The notes: generated by a model from the sequence alone, not told the origin. A DNA stretch of 44,934 bases from an uncultured Candidatus Saccharibacteria bacterium (GCA_964364265.1 CAYILA010000002.1:7573-52506); one strand, 5' to 3'; shown: positions 1 to 9,697, numbered from the stretch's first letter. Numbers and translations are program-made.

Positions 1-1
1 T

Positions 2-1837
2 GTTACCGTAAATCTGGCAAATTTTTCGATGAGCACGGCGGTTCCGGCGGCCGATAATTTTCATCAAGTCGATTCGACTCATCCGACTTCTATCACCCAT
101 TCAAAGTTTACGCCCGCCGCCTCCAATAGTTTTTCAATTACTTTGGCGCCTTACTCAATGCAGCTTTTGACAATTAAATCAGCCGCCGGTTCAATAGATA
201 CCGGTACGCCATTTATCAATAAGGGCGCCTTTAACCCCGGAACCGGCTCGGTGCGCTACTCCGGCATCAGCGCCGCCGGCGATATAACAATCGGTAACGG
301 CCCTTACTACAATTTTGAAACTGTCGGGACGGAAACCTACAACAATCCCGTCCCGATATCGATTAATAATAATTTGAATATCGCCTCCGGCGCCACCCTA
401 AACTGCGCCGATAATTATGAGATTGGCGGCAATTTGGCAATCGCCTCCGGCGCAAGGCTTTTCTTAAACGACAAAACTATTAATATAAAAGGCGGAAGCA
501 GTATCTTTTCAAATTCCGGCGCCTTTACGGCCGGAACGGGGACGGTAATATTTTCCGGCCCTGATAATTCAAATCAGCAGATTAACGGAAACAGCACTTT
601 TAATAATCTCTCAATCGAAAATAGCTCGAATTCGGCCGGCCGGACCCTGACATTTGCGGCCGGTTCAACCCAGACCGTAACCGGCATCTTTTCCGCAAAA
701 GGGGGAAGCGGAAAATTGTTATTGCTAAAATCTTCCCAGGTTAAAAAAAGATGGACAATCAATGCCGCCGACAGCGCATTGATATATCTGAATGTTAGCG
801 ATTCAAACAACACCGGTCCCGCAGTTTTGTTGCCGGCAAGATCGGTTGACGGCGGAAATAATCTGCGCTGGAATTTTACGGCCGCCCCCGATCTGCCGAC
901 TGTAGATTCTGTTTCGGTCCAAAACGGTTACGGAGGATCGGGGAGTAAGATACTGGTCACTGACAATTACACCGAGTGGGATATTCTGGTCTCGACATCC
1001 AGTCTGGCCGGACCGGCCGATATTAATTTAGTGGAACTGGGATTAGCCAATTTTGCAGACGATACTCTTCCGTATGATTCATTAAAATTCAGGTGGGAGA
1101 GAGGAGCGACACCATCGTTTAGCGAAATGTTCGACACTCAAAACTGCGCCACCCTGACATCGCTTAGCACCGATCTATCGTCAACAGCCAGTTCCCTTAA
1201 CTTGCATTTTAAATTTAAATTAAATTCCAGTTTTATCAACAAAGATGTTGACTACAATATCGAGGCCTATGCCAAAAATTCGGTCGGTGGCGCCACCGAC
1301 GCGCCGTTTGCCGCTGTTTATAAAGCGACACCGACATTTCTCTCGGTTTCACTTGATCAATCGTCGATTACCTTTGAAAAACCCGGTCGTTTGGGCGGCT
1401 GGATAGATAAAATAATCTCGGCTGTTTCAACCAACAGCGGGGACGGTTATCAGGTATCGATTAGAAACGACCATTACTATCCCGCAAATCCGGTTGTTTT
1501 GGTTAATTCATCCGATCAAGTAACTCCCTTGCCAAACTATGCCGCCGCCATTGAAACTCCGACAAAATGGTTGCAATCAAATCAGACCGGTTTTGGTTTT
1601 TCAATTTTTGGCAACAGATCGATAAATTCAAAGTGGGGGAATGGGACGAGCATGGATGATCCGAAAAACCGCTACGCCGCCGTGCCGGAAATAAATACGG
1701 CTATCTTCGCCTCCCCCGGAGTAAAAACGGCTTACGATTACTTGAATTACAGTTTGAAGCTGATACCGTCCGCCGACCAGAAGATGGGAACATATAACGG
1801 GAGAATATTATTGACCATCACTTCCGCTTTTCATTAA
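2..1837 (+). CDS. Large surface/adhesin protein, 5'-truncated by the window; beta-rich repeats and a C-terminal WxL/pilin-like domain
   Basis: Frame open from position 2; S/T/G/N-rich; C-terminus (PTKW...GFGFS...YAAVP...GTYNGRILLT) parallels the downstream small protein. Confidence 0.7.
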   Translation, partial: VTVNLANFSMSTAVPAADNFHQVDSTHPTSITHSKFTPAASNSFSITLAPYSMQLLTIKSAAGSIDTGTPFINKGAFNPGTGSVRYSGISAAGDITIGNGPYYNFETVGTETYNNPVPISINNNLNIASGATLNCADNYEIGGNLAIASGARLFLNDKTINIKGGSSIFSNSGAFTAGTGTVIFSGPDNSNQQINGNSTFNNLSIENSSNSAGRTLTFAAGSTQTVTGIFSAKGGSGKLLLLKSSQVKKRWTINAADSALIYLNVSDSNNTGPAVLLPARSVDGGNNLRWNFTAAPDLPTVDSVSVQNGYGGSGSKILVTDNYTEWDILVSTSSLAGPADINLVELGLANFADDTLPYDSLKFRWERGATPSFSEMFDTQNCATLTSLSTDLSSTASSLNLHFKFKLNSSFINKDVDYNIEAYAKNSVGGATDAPFAAVYKATPTFLSVSLDQSSITFEKPGRLGGWIDKIISAVSTNSGDGYQVSIRNDHYYPANPVVLVNSSDQVTPLPNYAAAIETPTKWLQSNQTGFGFSIFGNRSINSKWGNGTSMDDPKNRYAAVPEINTAIFASPGVKTAYDYLNYSLKLIPSADQKMGTYNGRILLTITSAFH

Positions 1838-1897
1838 TAAGTATTATAATGAATGGAGAATCGTTTCGTGTTTTTTGGAAGTAATTAGGGAGGAAAT

Positions 1898-2503
1898 ATG
1901 AAGAAAGTAATTGCCGGCGGCATATTTATCCTGGCAGTGATGGCAATCGGACTCTATCTAGGAAATTCGAACAATGGTAAAATCGGCGCCGACACCTGGC
2001 CTGGAACGGTTTCGCTTTCGGCTAGCGTCGCGACGCAGCTGACCTGCGCTTTTAGCGGAGAAACAGCAGTTGCCTTCGGGACTCTGGTTTCAGGAACGCC
2101 GAAATCTTCGGCCGGCACGACTTTGGCTTGTTCGACTAACGCCGCGAACGGCTACACTTTGGGTTTGGATGATGCCGGACCAACCGCCGCCGATTCCGCC
2201 TTAAAAAATACCACTGCCGATGTTTATATTCCGGATTACTCCGGCACCCTCGCGATTCCGACCGCTTGGACCGGGACCGGGTTGGGCGTTACCATGACTT
2301 CGGCAACCACCAACTATCTGGCAAAATGGAGTGACGGCGCAAATTATATGGGCATACCTTCAACCACCACAACCGCCCATACCGTAAACGCTCCGGCCGT
2401 TTCCGATGCTTCGAGCTGGAAATTTCAAATCGATGTTCCGGGAAATCAAAAAGCCGGAACATATTCCGGAACGGTCAATTTTACTATCAACACGGTTCTA
2501 TAA
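1898..2503 (+). CDS. Small secreted WxL-like / Csu(SCPU)-pilin-like protein
   Basis: SD GGAGG; N-terminal hydrophobic signal; ASV..C......FG...C motif; C-terminal AGTYSGTVNFTI. Confidence 0.65.
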   Translation: MKKVIAGGIFILAVMAIGLYLGNSNNGKIGADTWPGTVSLSASVATQLTCAFSGETAVAFGTLVSGTPKSSAGTTLACSTNAANGYTLGLDDAGPTAADSALKNTTADVYIPDYSGTLAIPTAWTGTGLGVTMTSATTNYLAKWSDGANYMGIPSTTTTAHTVNAPAVSDASSWKFQIDVPGNQKAGTYSGTVNFTINTVL

Positions 2504-2519
2504 AAAATAGGAGGGAATT

Positions 2520-3458
2520 ATGAAGAAAACAAAGTTACTGCTTTGGCTGGCCGCGGCCGTGTTAATCGCAATGCCGCTGTTCGTCGGAGCCCAGCAAAAA
2601 GGTGTTCAGATATCACCTTTATCGTATGAATTTACGATTGCGAAGGGAGCGGCTCAAACTGCCACTCTGACAGTTAAAAATCTCAATACCAGTGACTTAA
2701 ACTATGTCGCCGAGGCGCAAAATTTCGCCGAAATCAGCGATGACGGCGCGCCGGTATTTGATGAATCAACCACTGACACTTCCGGGGCAAAACTGGCCGG
2801 CTGGATTAACTTTGGCGCCGCCGCCAAGGGGACAATCAAAGCCGGCGAGTCAAAGGAAATCATCTTTACAATCACCGTTCCGGAGAACGCCTCGGCCGGC
2901 GGCCATTACGCCGGTGTCTTTGCCAAAGAGGTCAAGTCGCTAAACAGCGACCTGACCGAAGTTGGTGTAGCGAGTCGAATCGGCGCCCTGCTTTTAGTTA
3001 CCGTCCCCGGCGATGTGGTAAAATCAGCGTCCATCAACGAACTTAAAACACCCGGATTTATAACCAAGGGGCCTGCCAATTTCAGTGTAGTGGTTAAAAA
3101 TACCGGAACGGTCCATTATGATTCCGATGTCTCGCTTGAAATAAAACCGATGATTGGAAAATCAACCACTATCAGTATGGGTTCGCACACGATTCTGCCG
3201 AGCGGCACCAGATCTTACACCGCTTCCTGGAATAAAAATTATCCGATTGGTTATTACTCTGTAAAAGCAATTGCTACCGATCCGGACGGCAACGAAATGA
3301 CTAAAACTTCCACTTTCTGGGCTCTTCCGATTATGATAGTTGTGCCGGCGGTTGTTCTAATAATCATCCTAATCATAATTTTGTCGCTGATTGGAAAAAA
3401 GAAGGAACAGGAACTCGAAAACACTCCTTCGTCGTCTCAACCTCCCAGCCAGCAATAA
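2520..3458 (+). CDS. DUF916-like (WxL-interacting) membrane-anchored protein
   Basis: Signal peptide; ISP...LTVKN; FTITVPENASAGGHYAGV; KNTGTVH; C-terminal TM followed by KKK. Confidence 0.75.
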   Translation: MKKTKLLLWLAAAVLIAMPLFVGAQQKGVQISPLSYEFTIAKGAAQTATLTVKNLNTSDLNYVAEAQNFAEISDDGAPVFDESTTDTSGAKLAGWINFGAAAKGTIKAGESKEIIFTITVPENASAGGHYAGVFAKEVKSLNSDLTEVGVASRIGALLLVTVPGDVVKSASINELKTPGFITKGPANFSVVVKNTGTVHYDSDVSLEIKPMIGKSTTISMGSHTILPSGTRSYTASWNKNYPIGYYSVKAIATDPDGNEMTKTSTFWALPIMIVVPAVVLIIILIIILSLIGKKKEQELENTPSSSQPPSQQ

Positions 3459-3459
3459 G

Positions 3460-3490
3460 CAAAAAAGTCCCCCGCAAGGGGACTTTTTGT
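3460..3490 (+). terminator. Intrinsic terminator, probably bidirectional
   Basis: aaaaaagtcccc-cgcaa-ggggactttttg. Confidence 0.85.
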
Positions 3491-3541
3491 ATTTGAAAAA
3501 ATGATATAATCTGATAGTGGAAATTAGTTTAAGGAAATAAT

Positions 3542-4312
3542 ATGGAAAAAATTGCTGCCGTGATATTAGCCGCCGGCAAGGGGACTCGTATGAACGAGGG
3601 AAATGCTTCGCCAATCCCAAAGGTAATGTTTGAGATTAATAAAATCCCAATGATCAGATATTCTGTCGATAATGTCAAAAAGGCCGGCATTTCAAATATC
3701 GTCGTAGTTGTCGGGTATAAGAAAGAATTAATAGAGAACTACTTGGACAGTGAAGTGGAATATGCGATCCAGGAAGAACAGAAGGGAACCGGTCATGCCG
3801 CCATGGCAGCCGAAGAAATATTACAGAGCAAGACTGAATCGTTGTTAATTTGTTACGGAGATATGCCGCTTTTTAAACCGGAAACGATCAGAAATCTCAT
3901 TGATGTATACGAGAATCCGCCAGCTGGCGGCAAACCGACTATCGCCATGCTTTCGGTAAAGCTTAAGGATCCGGTTTCCTGGGCCTACGGTCGCATTATC
4001 AGAAACTCCGCCGGCGAGGTTGAATCGATAGTCGAACAAAAAGATTGCACGGAAGAGCAGTTGAAAATCAAAGAATCAAATCCCGGTTTCTATATCTTTG
4101 ATGCCGGTTGGTTTTGGAATAATTGTCACAAATTGACATCTAAAAACATTCAGGGGGAGTATTACCTCACCGACATGATTGGGATTGCCAAAGAGCAAGG
4201 TAAAAAAATCGTGGCCATTCCGGTCTCTGATGAATCGGAGGCGTTAGGCATCAATAATCCGGAACAGCTTAAGATTGCAGAGGAGCTCCTTTCTGGCCCA
4301 AATAAATCCTAA
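3542..4312 (+). CDS. GlmU N-terminal-type sugar-phosphate nucleotidyltransferase (no acetyltransferase domain)
   Basis: LAAGKGTRM..PKV, QEEQKGTGHA, GDMP, YGRI, EQKD, QGEYYLTD, GINN. Confidence 0.9.
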   Translation: MEKIAAVILAAGKGTRMNEGNASPIPKVMFEINKIPMIRYSVDNVKKAGISNIVVVVGYKKELIENYLDSEVEYAIQEEQKGTGHAAMAAEEILQSKTESLLICYGDMPLFKPETIRNLIDVYENPPAGGKPTIAMLSVKLKDPVSWAYGRIIRNSAGEVESIVEQKDCTEEQLKIKESNPGFYIFDAGWFWNNCHKLTSKNIQGEYYLTDMIGIAKEQGKKIVAIPVSDESEALGINNPEQLKIAEELLSGPNKS

Positions 4313-4427
4313 GCACTAAATACCAAATCCTAAAGAAATTCCAATGTTTAAATATCAAAATGTTTTGTATTTTGATATTGATAATTAAGTCATTATTTAG
4401 GATTTAGAGATTAGAATTTAGGATTTG
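4303..4427. repeat. Imperfect AT-rich inverted repeat made of aaatcct/aggattt heptamers
   Basis: aaatcctaag...aaatcctaaa pairs with tttaggattt...tttaggattt. Confidence 0.7.
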
Positions 4428-4443
4428 CTATACTGTTAGAGTT

Positions 4444-5181
4444 ATGAACTATAAGACTCTTGGCGTGGTTGTCAAAAGGCAGGATTTTTTGGAATCTGAC
4501 CGAATTTTGACGATATTTACCGAAAGATTCGGCAAGGTAAAAGCAATCGCCAAGGGGGTCAGGAAAATCAGTTCAAAATTAGCCGGTTCTCTTGAACCTT
4601 TTATGATAATAAATCTAATACTTTACGAAGGAAAAACCTTCTATACCGTTACCGGATCGGTAATTGAAAAAGAATTTCCAGATGTGCACGATGATCTTAA
4701 AAAAATGGCCGATGCCTTCTATATCGGCGAGATGATCGATAAGTTTGAAGAGGAAAGACAAAAATCAGGTGAGGTCTTTTCGCTACTCTGTAAAACGTTG
4801 GAAGCTCTCAATAAACATGACGAGAAGATAGTCTTGAGAATTTTCGAAGTTTTAATATTGAAGGCCGGTGGCTATTGGGGCGATCTTTCAACTTGCATTC
4901 ACTGCCGAAATCCATTGACTCCGACTATTAATTTCTGGGACGGGGAGGAGGGCGGAATAATTTGCGAAATCTGCCAGAAACAATTTCATCACGGACTTTC
5001 GATTTCGAACGACGCTATTAAAGTTTTGCGCCTTATTGAATCCGATGGATTCAAAATAATAAATCGGCTTAGAGTTAAGGATGAGATATTTGAAGAACTG
5101 TCGCGGCTTTTGTCGCTCTATACCCACCGAATCTTGGAATCCGATCTAAAAAGCGAAAAATTTCAAAAAGAAATCCGATAA
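4444..5181 (+). CDS. recO: DNA repair protein RecO
   Basis: ESDRILTIFT..GKV.AIAKGVRK..SKL; CxxC...CxxC zinc site. Confidence 0.95.
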   Translation: MNYKTLGVVVKRQDFLESDRILTIFTERFGKVKAIAKGVRKISSKLAGSLEPFMIINLILYEGKTFYTVTGSVIEKEFPDVHDDLKKMADAFYIGEMIDKFEEERQKSGEVFSLLCKTLEALNKHDEKIVLRIFEVLILKAGGYWGDLSTCIHCRNPLTPTINFWDGEEGGIICEICQKQFHHGLSISNDAIKVLRLIESDGFKIINRLRVKDEIFEELSRLLSLYTHRILESDLKSEKFQKEIR

Positions 5182-5190
5182 TAGTTAATA

Positions 5191-5252
5191 CTTGGTCAAA
5201 ACACACGCCACAAAGTGGCCCCTTTGGGGCTGCATCGTGTGTTTTGACCAAG
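5191..5252. repeat. Perfect 17-bp inverted repeat enclosing two small hairpins; likely terminator between convergent genes
   Basis: cttggtcaaaacacacg / cgtgtgttttgaccaag. Confidence 0.8.
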
Positions 5253-5265
5253 ATGGAAAGGCCGC

Positions 5266-5667
5266 CTACGGAAGGCGGCCCGGTGTTTTGACCCGGCATA
5301 TTTCGTGAAGAACGAATTTTTGCCGTCTTAGTTTGGCGTGGAAGAGCGTGCAATATCGCTTATTTACGCTAAGATAGAAAGCCCTTCGTTCGCCCGGTTT
5401 TTCCTTTTCGGCATACGGTTTTAGGAACCTCTCACCCTCCTTGAAGTCCGGATTCGAGTCTTCGACTTCTAAAAATCCATAGATCCCAATTCCTCCCTGC
5501 CATGAGTGAAAGGGTCGACGCTCTGCCTCTTCTTGATTGACGGCGTCGTAACTTTCCAAGCCGGACAGTTCTGGCAGATGCCAGAACAACATTAATGAGG
5601 GAAATCCTTTCTCCTCCATCCACTTGTCACCGCAGATCAGGAGAGCCAGTCGTGTGCCATTCAACAT
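5266..5667 (-). CDS. Hypothetical protein
   Basis: 133-aa ORF filling the recO-glyS gap; SD AAGGGAG before the ATG. Confidence 0.55.
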   Translation of the reverse strand: MLNGTRLALLICGDKWMEEKGFPSLMLFWHLPELSGLESYDAVNQEEAERRPFHSWQGGIGIYGFLEVEDSNPDFKEGERFLKPYAEKEKPGERRAFYLSVNKRYCTLFHAKLRRQKFVLHEICRVKTPGRLP

Positions 5668-5786
5668 CGCAAAATCTCCCTTCTGTGTTATCGAATGTAG
5701 GATAGCAGAAAAAGGCGGTAATGTTTATCTTTGTTTGGATATTTGGTACTATTAGATAGCGAAAACCAATTAAATTGGGCTTTTTG

Positions 5787-7109
5787 ATGGATAATAATTT
5801 GATGGAAAAGATAATCTCTCTTTGCAAACGGCGCGGTTTTATTTATCCCGCTTCCGAAATTTACGGCGGTTTTGCCAACGCCTTTGATTTCGGGCCGCTG
5901 GGTTCGCAAATGAAAAAGAATATCAAGGATATTTGGTGGAGGGAGTTCGTGACAAAACGGGAGGATATTGTCGGCCTTGATTCGGCTATTATCCAAAATC
6001 CCAAGATCTGGGAGGCGAGCGGACACTTAAAATCCTTCTCCGATCCGCTTGTTGAATGCCGCAACTGCCACCAACGGTTCCGCGCTGATAAATTGGATGA
6101 AGCCAGTCCCTGTCCTTCGGGTAGCGACCACGATTTTACCGAGGCCAAGGACTTCAACTTAATGTTTAAAACCTTTGTTGGAGTAACCGAGGGATCAAGC
6201 AACACGGCATATCTGCGTCCCGAAACGGCGCAGGGGATTTTTGCCGATTTCCAAAATGTTTTGCAGTCAACCCGCCTTAAAATTCCCTTCGGTATCGCCC
6301 AAATCGGCAAGGCCTTTCGAAACGAGATAACTCCAGGTAATTTTATATTTAGAACCAGAGAATTTGAACAGGCCGAGATTGAGTATTTCGTCAAACCGGA
6401 CAAAACCGAATCGCAAAAAGTATACGAGATGTGGGTTAAGACGATAAAGGATTTTTATATCAATTTGGGCATCAAGCCGGAAAATATTAAAATCCGCGAA
6501 CACGACAAAGAGGAGCTCTCGCATTACTCTTCCGGTACATCCGACATTGAGTACAATTTCCCCTTTGGCGTTTCGGAATTAGCCGGCGTTGCCCAGCGGA
6601 CCGATTACGATCTAAAACAACACTCGCAATTTTCTGACATCGAATTGAAATATTTTGATGAATCGGGCGGTGAGAAATTTACGCCTTATGTCGTCGAACC
6701 CTCGATCGGTATTGAGCGGGCGATGCTGGCGTTTCTTTGCGATGCTTACGATGAATCAGACGGCTCGGACGGCCGCGCCGCCAGTGAGGTCACATTGCGC
6801 TTAAATCCGCGCCTTGCTCCGATCAAAGTCGGTATCTTTCCGCTTGTTAAGAAAGAGGGATTACCCGAGATTGCCAAAAAGATTGGGAAAGATCTTCGCG
6901 ATTCGGGCATCAAAGTATTCTACGATGAATCCGGGTCTGTCGGCCGCCGCTACCGCCGCCAGGACGAGATCGGTACGCCATGGTGTGTTACGGTTGATTT
7001 TGACACTATAAAAGATGAGACGGTCACCATCCGCGACCGCGACACGATGAAACAGGAACGGGTGGGGATTGACACGGTAACCGAGTTTATAAAATCAAGA
7101 TTGATATAA
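5787..7109 (+). CDS. glyQS: Glycine--tRNA ligase (alpha2 type)
   Basis: [52 protein letters not shown]. Confidence 0.97.
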   Translation: MDNNLMEKIISLCKRRGFIYPASEIYGGFANAFDFGPLGSQMKKNIKDIWWREFVTKREDIVGLDSAIIQNPKIWEASGHLKSFSDPLVECRNCHQRFRADKLDEASPCPSGSDHDFTEAKDFNLMFKTFVGVTEGSSNTAYLRPETAQGIFADFQNVLQSTRLKIPFGIAQIGKAFRNEITPGNFIFRTREFEQAEIEYFVKPDKTESQKVYEMWVKTIKDFYINLGIKPENIKIREHDKEELSHYSSGTSDIEYNFPFGVSELAGVAQRTDYDLKQHSQFSDIELKYFDESGGEKFTPYVVEPSIGIERAMLAFLCDAYDESDGSDGRAASEVTLRLNPRLAPIKVGIFPLVKKEGLPEIAKKIGKDLRDSGIKVFYDESGSVGRRYRRQDEIGTPWCVTVDFDTIKDETVTIRDRDTMKQERVGIDTVTEFIKSRLI

Positions 7110-7110
7110 T

Positions 7111-7287
7111 AAAGAAGTTGCGGCAATAATAGCCGATGAGGGTGGGATAACCTGTCACGCTGCAATAATTTCCAGAGAGTTGAATAAACCCTGTGTTATT
7201 GGAACAAAAAATGCCACAAAGGTTCTAAAAGACGGCGACTTAATCGAAGTCGATGCTGATAAGGGGATTGTGAAAATCATAAAATAG
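7111..7287 (+). pseudogene. Start-less fragment of a PEP-utilising enzyme mobile (phospho-His) domain
   Basis: Manual translation [58 protein letters not shown]; in-frame TGA just upstream at 7102. Confidence 0.85.
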
Positions 7288-7289
7288 AT

Positions 7290-7816
7290 ATGGCCAAGAA
7301 GTACCCGACAATTTACGCATTTATAGATAGCCAGAATTTAAATCTTGGTACAAGCAAGGATCTTTTAATAAACAGAAGAAAAAGATTTATAAGGGATGGA
7401 CACTGGATTTCAAAAAGTTCAGAGTTTACTTGGCTGATAAATTCCGGGTTTCAAAAGCGTATTTATTTATCGGATACATAAAAGAAAACGAACGGATGTA
7501 TCGGCAATTGAGATCTTTCGGTTATGAATTAGTATTCAAGCCAACAACCAAAGACGGATTCGGCAAACCAAAAGGTAATATCGATGCGGAGCTGGTCCTG
7601 CATTCGGCCGCAATAGAGTATAAAAATTATGAAAAAGCAGTAATTGTTTCAGGAGACGGCGACTTCTATTGTTTACATAACTTTTTACTGTCAAATAATA
7701 AGCTTGCAGGGATTGTCATTCCGAACCGTCTAAGTGAGTCTTCCCTGTTGAAAAAATTCCACAAACACAAGACTTTTCTTATTCGGGACAGGGATAAATT
7801 AAAAAGAGAGGCATAA
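7290..7816 (+). pseudogene. NYN (LabA/PIN-like) domain protein split by a 1-nt frameshift near 7360
   Basis: YAFIDSQNL in frame 1; GWTLDFKKF...KGNIDAEL...VSGDGDF in the -1 frame. Confidence 0.8.
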
Positions 7817-8192
7817 ATCTTTCGATCCAGCCTCTCTTGAGAGGCGTCGCTATATGACACGTAGTCATATGGTCGTATTCTCTCTCATGATGATTGAATT
7901 ATAGCAAAAATCGTCTGGAAATGTCAATAAAGTTGATGCGGACAAGGGGGATTGTTAGGATAATTAATAAATAAACAGATTGCCACGGCCTTTGGCTTCG
8001 CAGTGACAAATTGAGAGGAACAATGGAATTCGTAAAATTTTTAAAGATACATCAGTGGGCTATGGAAGACGATAATATTTTCATTGTCCAAAGTAGACCG
8101 ATAACTACACTTGGTAACAATAATTAAGCAGTAGCGAATAAATATAGTACTAGAGAACAAAATATCGCTATTTTATCGTATATTACTCTTAC

Positions 8193-8275
8193 TTATCCAC
8201 AAAAAGTGGGGGGTATTGTGGTTGACTTGATTTTATTAACTCTTTAATATGTTGAGTAGTGGGAAAAAGTGGGAA
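8193..8275 (+). promoter_or_regulatory. mraZ/dcw promoter with MraZ-type GTGGG repeats and a DnaA box
   Basis: TTATCCACA 8193-8201; TTGACT-17-TAATAT 8222-8250; GTGGG at 8206, 8259 and 8269 (10-bp spacing). Confidence 0.7.
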
Positions 8276-8486
8276 GCCACCAATCAGAAACGGATGACGG
8301 ATTATACTAATAACTAATGAACGACTATTGGTTATTAGTTATTTGTAAGATTAGTTATCCATTCCTGGGTTCGGAAACAAAAAACAATTTAAACAAAAAT
8401 GTTATTTAACAAGTCGAGGGATGAAGATTTGGCTTTTGCCATCTTCGGCCAAAGGCCGATCAGCCTCGGGCTGAGAAATGAGAATA

Positions 8487-8582
8487 ATGTTTATAGGAGA
8501 ATACAGTCATAATATTGATCCAACTTCGCTAAAGCTACGCTGGACGAGATGTGGAAAGATAATCCCTATCTCGGAGATATAA
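8487..8582 (+). other. 31-aa uORF duplicating the MraZ N-terminus
   Basis: MFIGEYSHNIDPTSLKLRW... versus MraZ MFIGEYSHSIDEKGR. Confidence 0.75.
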
Positions 8583-8586
8583 TCAG

Positions 8587-9018
8587 ATGTTTATTGGAGA
8601 ATATTCACATAGTATTGATGAGAAGGGTAGAATTTCTGTGCCGGTCAAGTTTCGGGCGGAGCTGGCTTCCGGCTGTGTCGTCACCCGCGGTTTAGACCAT
8701 TGTTTATGGGTATATCCGTTCACGGATTGGGAGGTGATGGCCGAAAAGATTGCCCAACTCTCAATCACCTCCAAAGATGCCAGAAGTTTTTCCCGGCTGA
8801 TGCTCTCGGGCGCCGTCGATCTTCATTTAGATAAAGCGGGACGCATCAATCTGCCCGGTTATTTGAAAGAGTATGCCGGCATCAAAAATAAAGTGGTGGT
8901 AGCCGGCGTTTATAATAGGATAGAAATCTGGCCGGAGGATGGTTGGGATCAGTTCAAAAAGAATATGGAGGACAATTCGGACGCAATCGCCGAGAATTTG
9001 TCCGAAATCGGATTTTAA
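8587..9018 (+). CDS. mraZ: Transcriptional regulator MraZ
   Basis: MFIGEY.H.IDEKGR..VP.KFR; DKAGRI.LP; RIEIW. Confidence 0.97.
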   Translation: MFIGEYSHSIDEKGRISVPVKFRAELASGCVVTRGLDHCLWVYPFTDWEVMAEKIAQLSITSKDARSFSRLMLSGAVDLHLDKAGRINLPGYLKEYAGIKNKVVVAGVYNRIEIWPEDGWDQFKKNMEDNSDAIAENLSEIGF

Positions 9019-9116
9019 GAAGTAACCTAAATCCTACAAAATTACGAATAGCCGCACGAAAGTACGAATATTACGAATTTTAAAATAATTTGTAACAAAG
9101 GAATTGATTAACATTA

Positions 9117-9290
9117 CGTCATTTTAGTAGCCAGCACAAAAAATTCAAATTGATTTATGCCTAGCGGAGGAGGGTAAGTGAATTTGAGCAATACCGCCCT
9201 GTCTGCCGACAGGCAGGCAACAGGCGGGCAAAAACAAAAATTTAAAAATTGTGCAAACAAATATAAAACTAGCTGGCTACTAAAATGACG
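9117..9290 (+). ncRNA. Candidate structured RNA element closed by a perfect 19-bp stem
   Basis: cgtcattttagtagccagc / gctggctactaaaatgacg with a GC-rich internal core. Confidence 0.4.
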
Positions 9291-9317
9291 AAATAAAAGT
9301 AATCAAACGGAGGGTTC

Positions 9318-9656
9318 GTGCAAAGAGTGGTCTCAATATCAGCTACAAATAGGAATATTTTAGGCAGAAGAAATAAAACGGTCGGTCGGGAGATTACGAT
9401 CGGTCCGAACGCCATTAAATTCATAACCATCGCAATTTTTGCAGTCTTGGCGATAGTTTATTTGACACAATCAACTTCCGGCGCCAACCGAGGAATCAAG
9501 ATCAGGGATCTTCAGGACAAGGAAAGCCAAATCTCATTGGAAAAAGAGCGGTTGGAGGTTGAGCAGACCAGATTGCAATCATTGCAAGAGATTGATAACG
9601 GCACCGAAAAGAATGTTATGGAGTCCGTAACCGAAGTCGGTAGGGTAAATCCTTGA
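9318..9656 (+). CDS. ftsL: FtsL-like cell division protein
   Basis: Basic N-terminus, single TM, coiled coil; lies directly before ftsI. Confidence 0.7.
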   Translation: MQRVVSISATNRNILGRRNKTVGREITIGPNAIKFITIAIFAVLAIVYLTQSTSGANRGIKIRDLQDKESQISLEKERLEVEQTRLQSLQEIDNGTEKNVMESVTEVGRVNP

Positions 9657-9697
9657 CATATTGTCCAATCGGCGCAGCTGTTCTATTATATTAATAT

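Noticed and set aside
7355-7390. Programmed -1 frameshift in the NYN gene
   Set aside because: No canonical X XXY YYZ heptamer in the right frame and no clear stimulatory structure
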